Of a DNA stretch of 28,562 nucleotides, positions 27,589 through 28,562 are shown in pieces. Within the stretch, counting starts at the first letter, position 1. Each line of letters starts with the position of its first letter. Source of the DNA: Candidatus Methylomirabilis sp. (GTDB lineage Bacteria; Methylomirabilota; Methylomirabilia; Methylomirabilales; Methylomirabilaceae); contig JBGQJI010000017.1 in the NCBI GenBank assembly GCA_041498975.1, forward strand, positions 1-28,562, read 5' to 3'. The notes under the pieces were generated by a model. It was given only the letters and a program-made list of their open reading frames with translations. It was not told the origin of the DNA and searched no databases. A program made the translations under genes and the position numbers.

Positions 27589-28562
27589 ATGATGCCTGAG
27601 GCGGAGAAGCTGGAGGAGACGGTTTACCCATCGACGGACGATCTGGACCGTGAATTGAACGTCCAGGAATCTTCCCAGGAGATGGTCGATCTTTACGCCC
27701 AGAGCCTGCGGGAAATCGTCGAGGGGGAGATCGTCAAGGGGACCGTGTTAGAGATGAGGAACGACATGGTCCTGATTGATATCGGCTACAAGTCCGAGGG
27801 CACCATCCCGCTCAAGGAGTTCCAGACTCCCTCTGGAGAAATCACTATCAAGGTTGGTGATACGGTTGATGTCTACCTGGATCAGAAGGAGGATAGCGAC
27901 GGTCTCATTGTCCTCTCAAGGGAAAAGGCGGAGAAGATCAAGGTTTGGGACGATATTCGGCGTTCCTATGAGAAGGGTGAGGTGATCAACGGGACGATCC
28001 TGGGCCGTACGAAAGGGGGCCTGATGGTGGACATCGGCGTGAGGGCTTTCCTCCCAGGATCGCAAGTTGATCTTCGGCCGGTCCGCGATCTCGATAAGCT
28101 CATCGGGAAGACCCTCCCGATGAAGGTGATCAAACTGAACCAACGTCGAGGCAACATCGTCCTCTCTCGTCGGGAGCTGCTCGAGGAAGAAAGGCGAGCC
28201 CTGAAAGACAAGACCTTGCAATCATTGGAGGAGGGGAAGGTCATCAGGGGCAAGGTCAAGAATATCACCGAGTATGGCGCGTTCATCGACCTTGGCGGAC
28301 TGGACGGTTTGCTTCACATCACCGATATGTCCTGGGGTCGCGTCAGTCACCCCTCGGAACTCTTCGCCGTAGGCGACGACGCCGAGGTCGTGGTCCTGAA
28401 GTTCGATCGGGCGGCTGAACGGGTGTCCCTTGGCTACAAGCAGCGGTCGAAGGATCCCTGGGAGGATGTCAATCAACGGTTCCCGGTCGGCTCCAGGGTT
28501 CGTGGCAAGGTGGTCAGCCTTACCGACTACGGGGCCTTCGTCGAGCTGTCAGAGGGAATCGA
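27589..28562 (+). CDS. rpsA: 30S ribosomal protein S1 (partial, runs off the window's right edge)
   Basis: Not in the ORF track. My translation: MMPEAEK...GEIVKGTV..VLIDIGYKSEG...AFLPGSQVD...GKVKNITEYGAFIDLGGLDGLLHITDMSWGR; GGAGGA RBS; cmk-plsC-rpsA context. Confidence 0.97.
   Translation, partial: MMPEAEKLEETVYPSTDDLDRELNVQESSQEMVDLYAQSLREIVEGEIVKGTVLEMRNDMVLIDIGYKSEGTIPLKEFQTPSGEITIKVGDTVDVYLDQKEDSDGLIVLSREKAEKIKVWDDIRRSYEKGEVINGTILGRTKGGLMVDIGVRAFLPGSQVDLRPVRDLDKLIGKTLPMKVIKLNQRRGNIVLSRRELLEEERRALKDKTLQSLEEGKVIRGKVKNITEYGAFIDLGGLDGLLHITDMSWGRVSHPSELFAVGDDAEVVVLKFDRAAERVSLGYKQRSKDPWEDVNQRFPVGSRVRGKVVSLTDYGAFVELSEGI

Noticed and set aside
1..28562. CRISPR arrays, tRNA/rRNA genes, IS elements, integrases
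   Set aside because: I saw no repeat-spacer pattern, cloverleaf, transposase or integrase motif; this was by eye only.

Overview
GC-rich bacterial core-genome window, almost all on the + strand. Gene order: a partial GAF-domain gene (minus strand), recA-pilT-recX-alaS, psd-pssA-leuA-asd-truA, a SurA-like/DsbA fusion gene, leuS-lptE-holA, rpsT (minus), murJ, a highly divergent ThDP-dependent enzyme directly upstream of ilvC, a muconolactone-isomerase-family gene, metF, and miaA-aroA-cmk-plsC-rpsA (partial). The gene order is Deltaproteobacteria-like; an NC10/Methylomirabilota-type organism is a guess, not established. I saw no rRNA, tRNA, CRISPR or mobile element. The best candidate for something new is the ThDP enzyme: it sits where ilvB-ilvN normally sit, lacks the canonical AHAS motifs and has a long, possibly structured leader. 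Other points of interest: a sharply bounded ~100-bp patch of A/T-ending codons in truA, a 15-bp tandem repeat between back-to-back -35 boxes at recA, three promoters whose -35 box contains the upstream gene's stop codon, and an SAH-riboswitch-like element ahead of the isomerase-metF pair.
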